Shown here piece by piece: positions 26,625-35,729 of a stretch of 39,387 nucleotides of DNA. The stretch covers positions 1 through 39,387 of the forward strand of contig JBGATO010000033.1 of the NCBI GenBank assembly GCA_044229145.1, given 5' to 3'. Under the pieces are notes generated by a model. It worked only from the letters and a program-made list of their open reading frames with translations, searched no databases and was not told the DNA's origin. Position 1 is the first letter of the stretch; every line of letters begins with the position of its first letter. This DNA comes from Candidatus Eiseniibacteriota bacterium (GTDB lineage Bacteria > Eisenbacteria > RBG-16-71-46 > CAZEPH01). The position numbers were made by a program, and so were the translations under genes.

Positions 26625-27743
26625 ATGCGACGTGCGGTGCGACGGTGGGCGTGGGGATGCGCGGGTCTGCTGCTGGCGATGGCGCCGGCGGCGCGGGCGC
26701 AGGTGTCGCACGAGGAATTGAACGCGCGGATGCCGTTCGCGCTCGGCGGCTCGCTCGCCGTGGATCTCTATGAGCCGTACACCGTCTACGCGAACTCCGT
26801 CCCGCTCCGCGGCGTCATGCGCCTGCACGCGCTCACGCTGACCGCCGACAAGGACGGCGAGTGGGGCGGCGCCCACGCCGAACTACGCGCCCGCGACGCC
26901 AAGCCGCGCAGGTTCTACTCTAGCAACGTGTGGCTCGAGGAAGCCTATCTCTACGGCCGTCTCGGACAGTCGGTGTTCAAGGCCGGTTCCGTGAAGCACC
27001 AGATCGGTCTGCCCGACGAGACGCTCTACGGCACCATCCTCGAACACGACGGCATCTCCAACGACGCCGACTATGGCATCAGCGCCGAAGGCACGGTGCG
27101 CTACGGTGACCACCTCACCTTCACCCGGGCGCTCCAGTACTTCATCAGCGAGAACGGGATCAACCGCGCGTTCGACGACAGCTTGGGCGTCTGGAAGCGG
27201 GATGGCGAGAGCTCGCAGTCGGCGCACGAGCAGCGCGGCTGGTTCCTGCGCGCGGCGCCCGAATGGACGCGCGGGAATCTTGCCGTCGCACCCGGAGTCA
27301 CCGCGTCGACGCAGCGCGTCGAGTTGGATCGGGGAGGCAGCGTGCGCGAGCCGCACGAAACCGTGATGTGGGGCGGCGATCTCCGGGTGCGCGCCGGCCA
27401 CGGCATGCGCCGCGTGCAGGTGGCCGCGCAGGTCCTCGGCCGCAATGCGCGCGGCTGGGCGGAGTACGATTGGCGGGCCGTGCCGTTCACCTACGCCAAC
27501 GTCCGCTACACCGACGCCAGCCTCACGCTCGGCTCCGACGCGGCGTGGCTGCGCTACGGCTACGCGCGCAAGACGTTCCGGCGCGCCGGCACGCACGAGG
27601 CGCAGCACCAGATCGGCCTGCACATTCCGATGGGGAAGACCGCGTCGCTGGCTGGCGAATACGTGATCTACCGGCAGTTCACGCCGTCGACGCGCACCAC
27701 GCTCGAGCGCGCGCTGCTGCTGCGCGCCACCGCAGGCTTCTAA
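26625..27743 (+). CDS. Outer-membrane beta-barrel (porin-like) protein, first gene of the porin/permease/ATPase unit
   Basis: ATG preceded by GGGAGGAG. Signal peptide MRRAVRRWAWGCAGLLLAMAPAARAQ. C-terminal ...LLRATAGF ends in an aromatic. The body has alternating-polarity strands rich in Y/W/G. Confidence 0.55.
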   Translation: MRRAVRRWAWGCAGLLLAMAPAARAQVSHEELNARMPFALGGSLAVDLYEPYTVYANSVPLRGVMRLHALTLTADKDGEWGGAHAELRARDAKPRRFYSSNVWLEEAYLYGRLGQSVFKAGSVKHQIGLPDETLYGTILEHDGISNDADYGISAEGTVRYGDHLTFTRALQYFISENGINRAFDDSLGVWKRDGESSQSAHEQRGWFLRAAPEWTRGNLAVAPGVTASTQRVELDRGGSVREPHETVMWGGDLRVRAGHGMRRVQVAAQVLGRNARGWAEYDWRAVPFTYANVRYTDASLTLGSDAAWLRYGYARKTFRRAGTHEAQHQIGLHIPMGKTASLAGEYVIYRQFTPSTRTTLERALLLRATAGF

Positions 27744-27753
27744 CCGCACGACG

Positions 27754-28689
27754 ATGGCGAGCGTCCGCCCGATCCCCGCGCTGTGGACGACGCCGCAGGT
27801 GCGCGCGTTCCGCGACGGCTCGCCGGCATTCGGCGTCGCGCTCGCGGCGCCGTTCCTGACGCTGTGGATCGCGCTGTTCGCCTTGCCGCTGGCGTGGGCC
27901 GCGTGGGAGTCGCGGCAGGTGCCGGGCGGCGCGTTGGCGCGCTTCACCGTCCACCTGTGGCCCGGTGTGCCGGTGGCGGGGGGCGTGCTCGATGCCGGAT
28001 TCGGCATCGTCGCGATTACCGCCGTGGCGATGACGCTTGGTGTGTGCGCGGGCGTCCCGGCTGCCTATGGCGCGGCGCGGCACCGGTTCGCGGGTGCGCG
28101 TGGCGTCGCGGTGGCGGCGTTGCTGCCGCTCGCGGTGCCGACGCCGGTACTCGCGGTGGTGCTGAGCGCGGCGTTGCGGCTGCGCGGTTTCCAGTGGCCG
28201 GCGTGGATCGCGGCGGCGGCGCTGGCGAACGTCGCGCTCGTGGTCTGGTGCACGCGCGCGGCGCTGCGGCACGCCGCGTTGCGGCCGCTCGAGGATGCGG
28301 CGGCGGCATGCGGCCTGACGCCGGCCGCGCGTTTCGTCGAGATCGCCTTGCCGACGCTGGCGCCGCCGCTCGGCGCGGCGCTGGTGGCGACGGCCGCGTT
28401 GACGGCGAGCGAACTCGCGCTCGCCACCGCGCTCGGGCACGCGTGGGCGACGGCGTTCGCCGAGGCCGCGCGCGCGCTGCAGCTTGCCGGACCGTCGGCG
28501 GTGCCGCCGGCCGGTGTGCCGGCCGCGGCGGCGGTGCGCGGGAGCGCCGCGTTCGCGCTGCACGCCCCGCCGGTGTGGACGGTGGGGCTGGCGCTCGCCA
28601 CGCCGGCGGCGTTGCGCCTCCTGTGCGTCGCCGCGTGGGCGCGGCAGGCGCGCCGCGCACCGGCGGCGACGCCGTGGGGGATCGTCTGA
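27754..28689 (+). CDS. ABC transporter permease (binding-protein-dependent CysT/ModB-like inner-membrane component)
   Basis: Multiple TM helices. EAA-loop motif EDAAAACGLTPAARFVEIALPTLAPP (compare EEAAxxLGASxWQxFxxVxLP). The stop overlaps the next start (TGATG). Confidence 0.75.
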   Translation: MASVRPIPALWTTPQVRAFRDGSPAFGVALAAPFLTLWIALFALPLAWAAWESRQVPGGALARFTVHLWPGVPVAGGVLDAGFGIVAITAVAMTLGVCAGVPAAYGAARHRFAGARGVAVAALLPLAVPTPVLAVVLSAALRLRGFQWPAWIAAAALANVALVVWCTRAALRHAALRPLEDAAAACGLTPAARFVEIALPTLAPPLGAALVATAALTASELALATALGHAWATAFAEAARALQLAGPSAVPPAGVPAAAAVRGSAAFALHAPPVWTVGLALATPAALRLLCVAAWARQARRAPAATPWGIV

Positions 28690-29825
28690 TGCTGCAACTC
28701 GTGCACGTCACGGTGGGCGCGCCCGGCGCGCCGGTGGTCGACGACGTCAACTTGCTCGTCGCCCCCGCGTACGTCTGCGGCTTGGTCGGCCCGGCCGGCT
28801 CCGGCAAGAGCATGTTGCTGCGCGCCATCGTCGGGCTCGAACCGCTGACCGCCGGCAAGGTGCTGTTCGAGCGCGACGACCTCACGCCGCTGGCGCCGGA
28901 GGTGCGTCCGGTGAGCGCTGCGTTGTGGCCGCCGGTGCTGTTCCCGCACTTGAGCGTCGAGGAGAACGTCGCCTTCGCGCTGCCCGGCCACGCGCTGTCC
29001 GCGCACGAACGCGACGAGCGCATTCGCCCGGTGCTGGCGGAACTCGGGCTCGAGCGATTGCGCGAACGCGTGCCGTCGACGCTGAGCGCGACGGAGGCCG
29101 CGACGGTGGCAGTGGCGCGCGCAATGGTGCGCGAGGCGCCGGTGCTCTTGCTCGACGATCCATGGTGCATGCGCGCGCCGCGCGATCGCGAACGGCTCGC
29201 CCGCGCACTCTACCGCTGGGCCGAGGAGAAGCACTGCGCCGTGCTCTACGCCACCGCCGACGTGCAGGGCGCGCTCGGCGTCACCGATCAGATCGCGGTG
29301 CTGCGCGACGGCCGCCTCGAACAAGACGGCGAACCACGCGAGGTGGTGCGCACGCCGGCCAGCGAGTTCGTCGCGACGTACGTCGCCGATGCCGTCGTGT
29401 GCGATGCGACGTTGCGGCCGTTGCCGCGCGGCGGTTGGCGCATCGAACTGCCGTTCGGCGACCTACAGGCCGACACGCTCGACGGTGCCGAGCGCCTCAC
29501 CCGCCACGCCGTGGTGCGCGTCGCCGTGCGTCCCGACGCCGTCACGCTCGCCGGCCCGCGCGAAACCGCCGACGCCGCCGGCTTCATCCGCGACTATGAT
29601 TTCGCCGGCGATCACTGGCGCGCCCAAGTCGAAGTCGCCGAGGGCTTCTGCGTGCCGGTGCGCCTGCCGCTGGCGATCGATCCGGCGATTGGCGCGGAGT
29701 TGCGGCTGCGGCTGCACGCCGATGGTCTCGCGGTGGTCGGCCGCGAAGCCAGCGAGCCCGAGCTGCCGCCAAACGTCATTCCGCTGCCGATGGAACGCTG
29801 GCGCGCCCCGCGCCGCGAGTCGTAG
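28689..29825 (+). CDS. ABC transporter ATP-binding subunit with a TOBE-like C-terminal domain. The nucleotide-binding domain is catalytically degenerate: only Walker A is canonical.
   Basis: Walker A GPAGSGKS is intact. Q-loop Gln is replaced (VSAALWPPVLFPHLSV versus VGFVFQHYALF). Signature LSATEAATVAVARAM instead of LSGGQ. Walker B VLLLDDPW, so the catalytic Glu becomes Asp. D-loop MRA instead of ALD. H-loop YATAD, so His becomes Ala. Confidence 0.8.
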   Translation: MLQLVHVTVGAPGAPVVDDVNLLVAPAYVCGLVGPAGSGKSMLLRAIVGLEPLTAGKVLFERDDLTPLAPEVRPVSAALWPPVLFPHLSVEENVAFALPGHALSAHERDERIRPVLAELGLERLRERVPSTLSATEAATVAVARAMVREAPVLLLDDPWCMRAPRDRERLARALYRWAEEKHCAVLYATADVQGALGVTDQIAVLRDGRLEQDGEPREVVRTPASEFVATYVADAVVCDATLRPLPRGGWRIELPFGDLQADTLDGAERLTRHAVVRVAVRPDAVTLAGPRETADAAGFIRDYDFAGDHWRAQVEVAEGFCVPVRLPLAIDPAIGAELRLRLHADGLAVVGREASEPELPPNVIPLPMERWRAPRRES

Positions 29826-29887
29826 ACCCGCCGACGCCCTCCGGCGTACTTGCCCACGCGGCACTACTGTGTTGTAGTCGGGCCATC

Positions 29888-32406
29888 ATGCTCCCGCGCC
29901 CCGTGATCCTGCGCTGTGCCGCGCTCGCCCTCTGCCTGTGGTCCTCGAACTCCCACGCCGCGTGGCGCGATGACCTCGTGCGTCCCGGACTCGACCAGCC
30001 GGCCGATCGTCTGGTCGCCTATCGCGGCGGCGTCGTCGCGGCGGGCGACTTCACGCACGCTGACGGCCAGCCGGTGCCGCACCTCGCGTGGTGGAAGGAC
30101 GGACGCTGGCGGACGCTCGGCGGCGGCTGGTCGTTCGTGGGGGCGAGTTCCACCACGTCGTGGGCGTGGCAGGTGCGACGCATGGTGGTGTGGCACGACG
30201 AACTCGTGCTCGCCGGCAACTTCGCCTTGCGCACCGCCGAGGGCGACACGTTGCAATCCCTGGCGGCATTCGACGGCACGCGCTGGCACGGCCTCGGCGT
30301 GCTGAGCGCGCCGCCGCTCACCGGCGCGATCCCGCCGAGCGACACCCTCTACTACGCACTCGACCGCGAGATCTTCGACGCCTGCGTGTGGGGCGATAGG
30401 TTGGTGGTGGGCGGCCGCGACATCGTGCTCGCGGCCGACACGCTACCGGAGCGCCTCGCGGCGTGGGACGGCGCGCGGTGGACGGCGCTCGCGCTGCCGG
30501 ACGATGTCGGCTACGCGGTCGGTCTCGCCGCGACATCGCGCGAACTCGGCGTGATGTGCGGATATGCCTACGGCTCCAGCGCCGGCGACGCGACACTCGT
30601 GACGCTGGACGGCGCGGGCGCGCATCGCGTCGCGCCTCGCATGTGGTACGCCTCGCAGCCCGTCGCCTACCACGATTCTCTCTGGTGTGCCAGCGAGCAG
30701 CAGGTCGAGTTCCACGGCCCGTACATCACCGTCCTCCACCGCCTGGGCGCGAGCGGCCTCGATAGCGTGGCTTTCGTGTCGCAATCCCTCGGCACGCCTT
30801 CTCTCTTCGCCCTCCACGACCGCTTGGTGCTCGGCGGCGGCTTCTACGGGCCGGCCAGTTGTGCGTCGTGCGCGGCGTTCCCTCGCGCGCTCGCGTGGAG
30901 CGCCGCCGGCCTCGCGCCATTTCCGCCGAGCGGCTTCGAGGTGGATCTCGAACATCGCGGCGGCGTTCTGGACGCCGACGGGCACGTGTTCGTCGCGGGC
31001 GGTCAGTTGTCGCTGCGCGGCGACGTCTTCTTCGGCGAACTGCAGGGCGGCGACATCGTCATGGCGACGGCGGTGCCGGGTGGCGCCGGCCGGGGATCGC
31101 CGGTGCTCGCGCTGCACGCCACCGCGGAGCGCCTGTGGGCGGGCGAACTCGGGCACGCGACGTGGTGGGACGGCGCCGGATGGCGGTTCGCCAGGGGCGC
31201 TCCGGCGCCGGGCAGCGCCACGATGGCCAGCACGGAGGCGCCCACGGCGCGCGGCATGGTGCACGCTTTCGACGACGGCAGCGTGGTGCGCAGCACCGCA
31301 TGGCCCGCGACCGCCTCGGGCGACGGCGTGCGCGACGACGCGGAGTACGCCGCGTTCGATGACGCAGGTCGCGGTTGGTGCCGCTCGATCCGCGCGGCGC
31401 GGTGTGGCGCCAGGGCGGCGCTTCATCGGCGCTCGGCGGCCGCTCGCGCCTCACGGCAGGCGGCGGCGTGCGCTTGGGCAGCGTCGCAGTGTGGCGCGAC
31501 GGCCGGGTCGATCCGCTCGGCGGCGGCATGGAGGCGGACGGCGGCGCGCATCCGTGGGTCGCGGCGCTCGTCGCGCGGCACGACACGCTGATCGCCGGCG
31601 GCTGGTTTGCGCGCGCCGGTGGCGTCGCGGCGCACGGCATCGCGCGGTGGGACGGCGCGGCGTGGCATCCGCTCGGCAGCGGCGTCGCAGGTGACAGCGC
31701 GCGCGTCGAGGCCTTGCTCGACTGGCGCGGCGGGCTGGTGGCGGCGGGCGCGTTCGCGAGCGCCGGCGGCGTGGCCGCGGCGAACATCGCGGTGTGGGAC
31801 GGACGCGGCTGGTCGCCGCTCGGCGCCGGCTTCGACGGTCCGGTGTACGCGCTCACCGAATACCGCGGCGAAGTGATCGCCGCCGGCGATTTCACGCACA
31901 GCGGCGCGACGCCGGTGCGCGGCGTGGCGCGCTGGCGCGGCGGCGCGTGGCTTGCGCTCGACGACGCGGGCGGCGGCGTCAGCGGCGGCGCGGTGCGCGC
32001 GCTCGCCACCTGGCGCGGCGCGCTGTGGCTGGGCGGTGAGTTCACCGCCGTCGTCGACCACGAGGCCGCGCAGCTCTCGAGCTACATCGCGCGCTGGCGC
32101 GACGACGATCTCGCCGGCGACGACCTGCCGCCACGCCGCGCGCCACGCATCGTCGCGCTGAGCGGCCTGCCGACGCAGCGCATCTCGCGCGTCACCTACG
32201 ACCTGCCACAAGCCGGCATCGTGCGCATCGCGCTCTACGACATCGCGGGGCGACGGGCGCACGAGATCGCCCACGCGTTCCAATCGCCCGGCCCGCACAC
32301 CGCCGAGTGGCGCGCCGACGCGGCGGGGCTCACCTCCGGCGTCTATCGCCTGGTGATCGACGCGGACGGCATGCAGACGGCACGCGCCGTGGTGGTGGTG
32401 CGATGA
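29888..32406 (+). CDS. Secreted beta-propeller-like repeat protein (repeats of the ...AGGxFxxAGGVAAxxIAxWDGxxWxxLGxG type) with C-terminal FlgD-Ig-like/T9SS-type domain. Probable 1-nt frameshift near 31378.
   Basis: Signal peptide MLPRPVILRCAALALCLWSSNSHA. The repeat pattern continues seamlessly from the frame of ORF 29888..31591 (...AAFDDAGRGW) into the frame of ORF 31375..32406 (VPLDPRGAVW...) if one nucleotide is added at ggttgg|tgccg. The 29888 frame turns into R/A-rich junk until its stop at 31591. The C-terminus ends SGVYRLVIDADGMQTARAVVVVR. Confidence 0.6.
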
Positions 32407-34769
32407 GGGCGCGCAGGGCGATCGCCGCGTGTGTCATCGCCGCGGGCGCGTGCGCCGCCGCCGCGCAGGCGGCGCCGCGCTGGGAGCCGGTGCTCGACGA
32501 TCCGGTGCCGGTGAGCCGCTTCAGGGATGGCACGGTGCTGCGCGACACGCTGTACGTGTGCGGTCCGTTCGACCACGTCGCGGGCGGCGAGAGCGGGCCG
32601 GTGGCGGCATTCGACGGTGTGCGGTGGTCGGGCGCCGCGCGCGGTCTGCCACCGAGCGCGATTGGGCTCGGCGTGTGGCGGGACGACCTCGTGGTGGCGG
32701 TGCCGGTTGCGCACGGCGATTCGACGCAAATCTGGCGCCGCGCCGCTGGCGCGTGGACGCCGCTCGGCGGCGCGTTGCCCGGCTACATCGCGACGCTTGC
32801 CGCAGTCGGCGACACGCTCTATGCCGGCGGCCGCGCGCCCGCGGGGTTCCGCGCGATGCCGCCACTCGCGCTTCATGCGTGGACCGGCGCGGCGTGGGCG
32901 CCACGCGGCGGCGACCTCACCGGCGACGTCCGCGCGATCGCCTCGTTCCACGACCACCTCTACATTGCGGGATCGCTCGGCGGCCCCGAGGGCTTCGAAA
33001 CCGCCGGCGTCGCGCGCCGTGACGGCGCCACCTGGACGCTCGAACCCGGCCTGGTCGAAGGCCGCGCGCTCGCGGTGGCCGACGGGCGCCTCTGGTTGCT
33101 GGGCGAACTCTTGCTCGACGCGTCCGAGTACGCACCGGCCGATCTGGTGACGAGCACCGACGGCTCGACGTGGCAGGGCGCTGGCCTCGAAACCGTTCGT
33201 TACTGGGGCATCGAGCTTCCCCCACCGCGCGGCGGTCTCGTCGCGCTGCACGACACACTCGTCGCGTGGCTGCCGAGCGGTGTGGCGATGCGCCCGCCGC
33301 ACGGTGCGTGGCGCTCGCTCGCCGCGCATCAGTCGAACTCCGACCGCCAGGTCCTCGCCGCGCTGCGCGGCCAGATCCTGCTCGGGTCGATCATGGCCGG
33401 CGGCGCGTACGTGACGTTGGCGCGGCTGCGGTGGCCCGCCGGCGATGGCGGCGCACAGCCCGAGCCGGTGTCCGAACTGCCCGCGTCATTCCACGGCGCG
33501 CCGTTGTGCGGACTCGCCGTGCACGACGGCCTGCTGTTTTACGAAACGATGTACGGCGGCTCCGGCGCGTTCGACGGCCGGCGCCGCGTGATAGAGTCCA
33601 CACGCCCCATCGGCACGTTCTACGGATTGCGCGGCACGCTCGCCGAGATCGCGGGCGACCTCTACGCCGCGCGCCGCGTGTCCAGCGACGAAGACGATGG
33701 CCACGTCTCCGATGCCGGAATCTGGCGCGCCGGCGACGACGGCGACGCGCCCGATTGGCGCCTGCTGCCGCACACACCCACCGAGCCGCCGCTGCGCGGC
33801 TACGTCAACGACTTCGCCGGATGGAATGGCGGCGTGGCAGCCGGTGGCGCGATCTGGATCGGCCCGCGCGGCGACGCCGCGGTCGCCTGGCACGATGCCA
33901 CCGGCTGGCACGCGCTCGGCGGCGGCTTCGGCGACAGCTTCAACGCAAGCGTCTACGCGCTCGCCGTCTATCGTGGCGACCTCTACGCCGGCGGGCGCTT
34001 CACCTCCATCGGCGGCACGCCGCGCGCCGGCATCGCACGCTGGGACGGCGTTGCATGGCAGGACGTCGGCGGCGGCATCGACGGCGATGTCGAAGTCCTG
34101 CACGTCTTTGGCGATCGCCTGATTGCTGGCGGACGATTCAGCACGGCCGGCGGCGCGCCCGCGTCCAGCATCGCCGCGTGGGACGGCGCACGATGGTCGA
34201 CGCTCCCCGGCGGCACGCTCAGCGGCCGCGTGTGGGCGCTCGCCGACTTCGACGGCGACCTCATCGCCGGCGGCAGCATGCAGCTGGCCACGCCGCGCGA
34301 CACCACGCTCGGCATCGCCCGCTTCCACGACGGCGCGTGGCGGAGCATGGGCGGAGGCCTCAACGGCTCGGTGCGCGCGCTGGCGGTCTATGGCTCCGCG
34401 CTCTATGCCGGCGGCGAGTTCACCGACTCCCAAGCCAACGTCGACGGCGTGCTGCGGCGATGGACCGCGGACGGCGGCATCGCGGACGGCTTCACGCCGT
34501 CGCTGCGCGCGTCGGGCGACATGTCGCTGCGTGGCGCGGTGCGCGTCGCGTACTTCCTGCCACGTCCGGCGCAGACGCGCGTCCGCGTGTGCGATGTGCG
34601 TGGCCGCGTCGTCGCCACGCTCGACGACGGCAGGCGCGACACCGGGCAGCACACGGTGGAATGGGATCCACGCACGCAGGTAGGAGGTCCGCCTGCGTCC
34701 GGCGTCTACTCGATCGTCTTGTCCGCCGAAGGACGCACGTGGGCGCGCCGCGTGGTGTGGATGCGATGA
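32403..34769 (+). CDS. Secreted beta-propeller-like repeat protein, paralogue of the preceding gene, with C-terminal FlgD-Ig-like/T9SS-type domain
   Basis: The ATG overlaps the upstream stop (ATGA). Signal peptide MRARRAIAACVIAAGACAAAAQAAP. Repeats GGRFTSIGGTPRAGIARWDGVAWQDVGGG / GGRFSTAGGAPASSIAAWDGARWSTLPGG. The C-terminus ends SGVYSIVLSAEGRTWARRVVWMR. Confidence 0.75.
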   Translation: MRARRAIAACVIAAGACAAAAQAAPRWEPVLDDPVPVSRFRDGTVLRDTLYVCGPFDHVAGGESGPVAAFDGVRWSGAARGLPPSAIGLGVWRDDLVVAVPVAHGDSTQIWRRAAGAWTPLGGALPGYIATLAAVGDTLYAGGRAPAGFRAMPPLALHAWTGAAWAPRGGDLTGDVRAIASFHDHLYIAGSLGGPEGFETAGVARRDGATWTLEPGLVEGRALAVADGRLWLLGELLLDASEYAPADLVTSTDGSTWQGAGLETVRYWGIELPPPRGGLVALHDTLVAWLPSGVAMRPPHGAWRSLAAHQSNSDRQVLAALRGQILLGSIMAGGAYVTLARLRWPAGDGGAQPEPVSELPASFHGAPLCGLAVHDGLLFYETMYGGSGAFDGRRRVIESTRPIGTFYGLRGTLAEIAGDLYAARRVSSDEDDGHVSDAGIWRAGDDGDAPDWRLLPHTPTEPPLRGYVNDFAGWNGGVAAGGAIWIGPRGDAAVAWHDATGWHALGGGFGDSFNASVYALAVYRGDLYAGGRFTSIGGTPRAGIARWDGVAWQDVGGGIDGDVEVLHVFGDRLIAGGRFSTAGGAPASSIAAWDGARWSTLPGGTLSGRVWALADFDGDLIAGGSMQLATPRDTTLGIARFHDGAWRSMGGGLNGSVRALAVYGSALYAGGEFTDSQANVDGVLRRWTADGGIADGFTPSLRASGDMSLRGAVRVAYFLPRPAQTRVRVCDVRGRVVATLDDGRRDTGQHTVEWDPRTQVGGPPASGVYSIVLSAEGRTWARRVVWMR

Positions 34770-34922
34770 CGCGCGGTGTCCTCCCACAGACTTTTTCGTC
34801 GCGCGCGTGGTTCGCGCTTGTTGAGCGAGGTGCGTTGTGATATTCCACACATGCGTGCGCGGCTCCTCGGATGGACCTCGCGGCCATGAAGGCCGGCGCG
34901 CGCATCCCGCCTCGACGCCCGC

Positions 34923-35729
34923 CTAGTAATCCCGCTTCCGGAACGCCGCCATCGCCCCGAGCACGCACGCGACGCCGAACGCCGCCGAGGTCACGATCGC
35001 GAACCACGGCACGGCGCCCTTGCCGGTCATCAGCACCGAGATGCCGTCCTCGATTTCGTACGGCTTCGGCAGGATGACGTAGAGCACGTGCACGCCCTGG
35101 CGCCACAGAACGTTGTCGAACAGTTGGCCGAGCACGTCGTGGAAGCGCAACGTCGACGACAGCAGCAACACGCCGAAGCCGAGCAACCCGCTGAGGCCGC
35201 TCGAACCGGTGAAGATGTTGGCGAGCGTCAGCATCGAGAGGTAGACGCACACGTTGAGCATCGCCGGCGCGAGCGCCGCGAACAGCCGCGCGTCCCACAC
35301 GCCGACCCGCGCGCCAGCCACCACGAAGATGAGCGCCAGCGTGACGACGAGCGCCGCGCCCGCCGCCACCGCGTGTCCGGTGTAGCGCGCGAGCATCAGC
35401 AGCCAGCGCGGCACCGGCTTCGACAGATAGACTTCCGCGGTGCCCTTGGTGAGCACCGGCGTCATCACGTCGCTCATGCCGAAGAGCGTGAACAGCGCGA
35501 CCGCCTTCGCGACGAACACGGCGAGGTTGGGCAGCAGCATCTTCGCCATCTGCTCACCGCCGCTGGCGGTCATGCGCTGGCCGTTGATGGCGATGTGCAT
35601 GCTGCTCGACTGGCCGAGCATGAACCATTCGACCGCCAACACGCCGAGCGTGACGATGGCGTAGAGGTACAGGATGCTCGACGCGCGGATCTCGAGCAGC
35701 GTGTCGCGGACCAGGGCCTCGAATTTCAT
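34923..35729 (-). CDS. ABC-2 family transporter permease (GldF/NatB-like)
   Basis: 268 aa with 6 predicted TM helices. ATG preceded by GGGAGGTG. The start overlaps the ATPase stop (ATGA). Confidence 0.75.
   Translation of the reverse strand: MKFEALVRDTLLEIRASSILYLYAIVTLGVLAVEWFMLGQSSSMHIAINGQRMTASGGEQMAKMLLPNLAVFVAKAVALFTLFGMSDVMTPVLTKGTAEVYLSKPVPRWLLMLARYTGHAVAAGAALVVTLALIFVVAGARVGVWDARLFAALAPAMLNVCVYLSMLTLANIFTGSSGLSGLLGFGVLLLSSTLRFHDVLGQLFDNVLWRQGVHVLYVILPKPYEIEDGISVLMTGKGAVPWFAIVTSAAFGVACVLGAMAAFRKRDY

Noticed and set aside
27783-29825. 680-aa ORF-track ORF fusing an out-of-frame stretch over the permease with the ABC ATPase
   Set aside because: The upstream 300 codons overlap the permease in another frame and are Arg/Gly-rich. 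The true ATPase start is the ATG at 28689 (MLQLVHVTVG...), 30 aa before Walker A and overlapping the permease stop.
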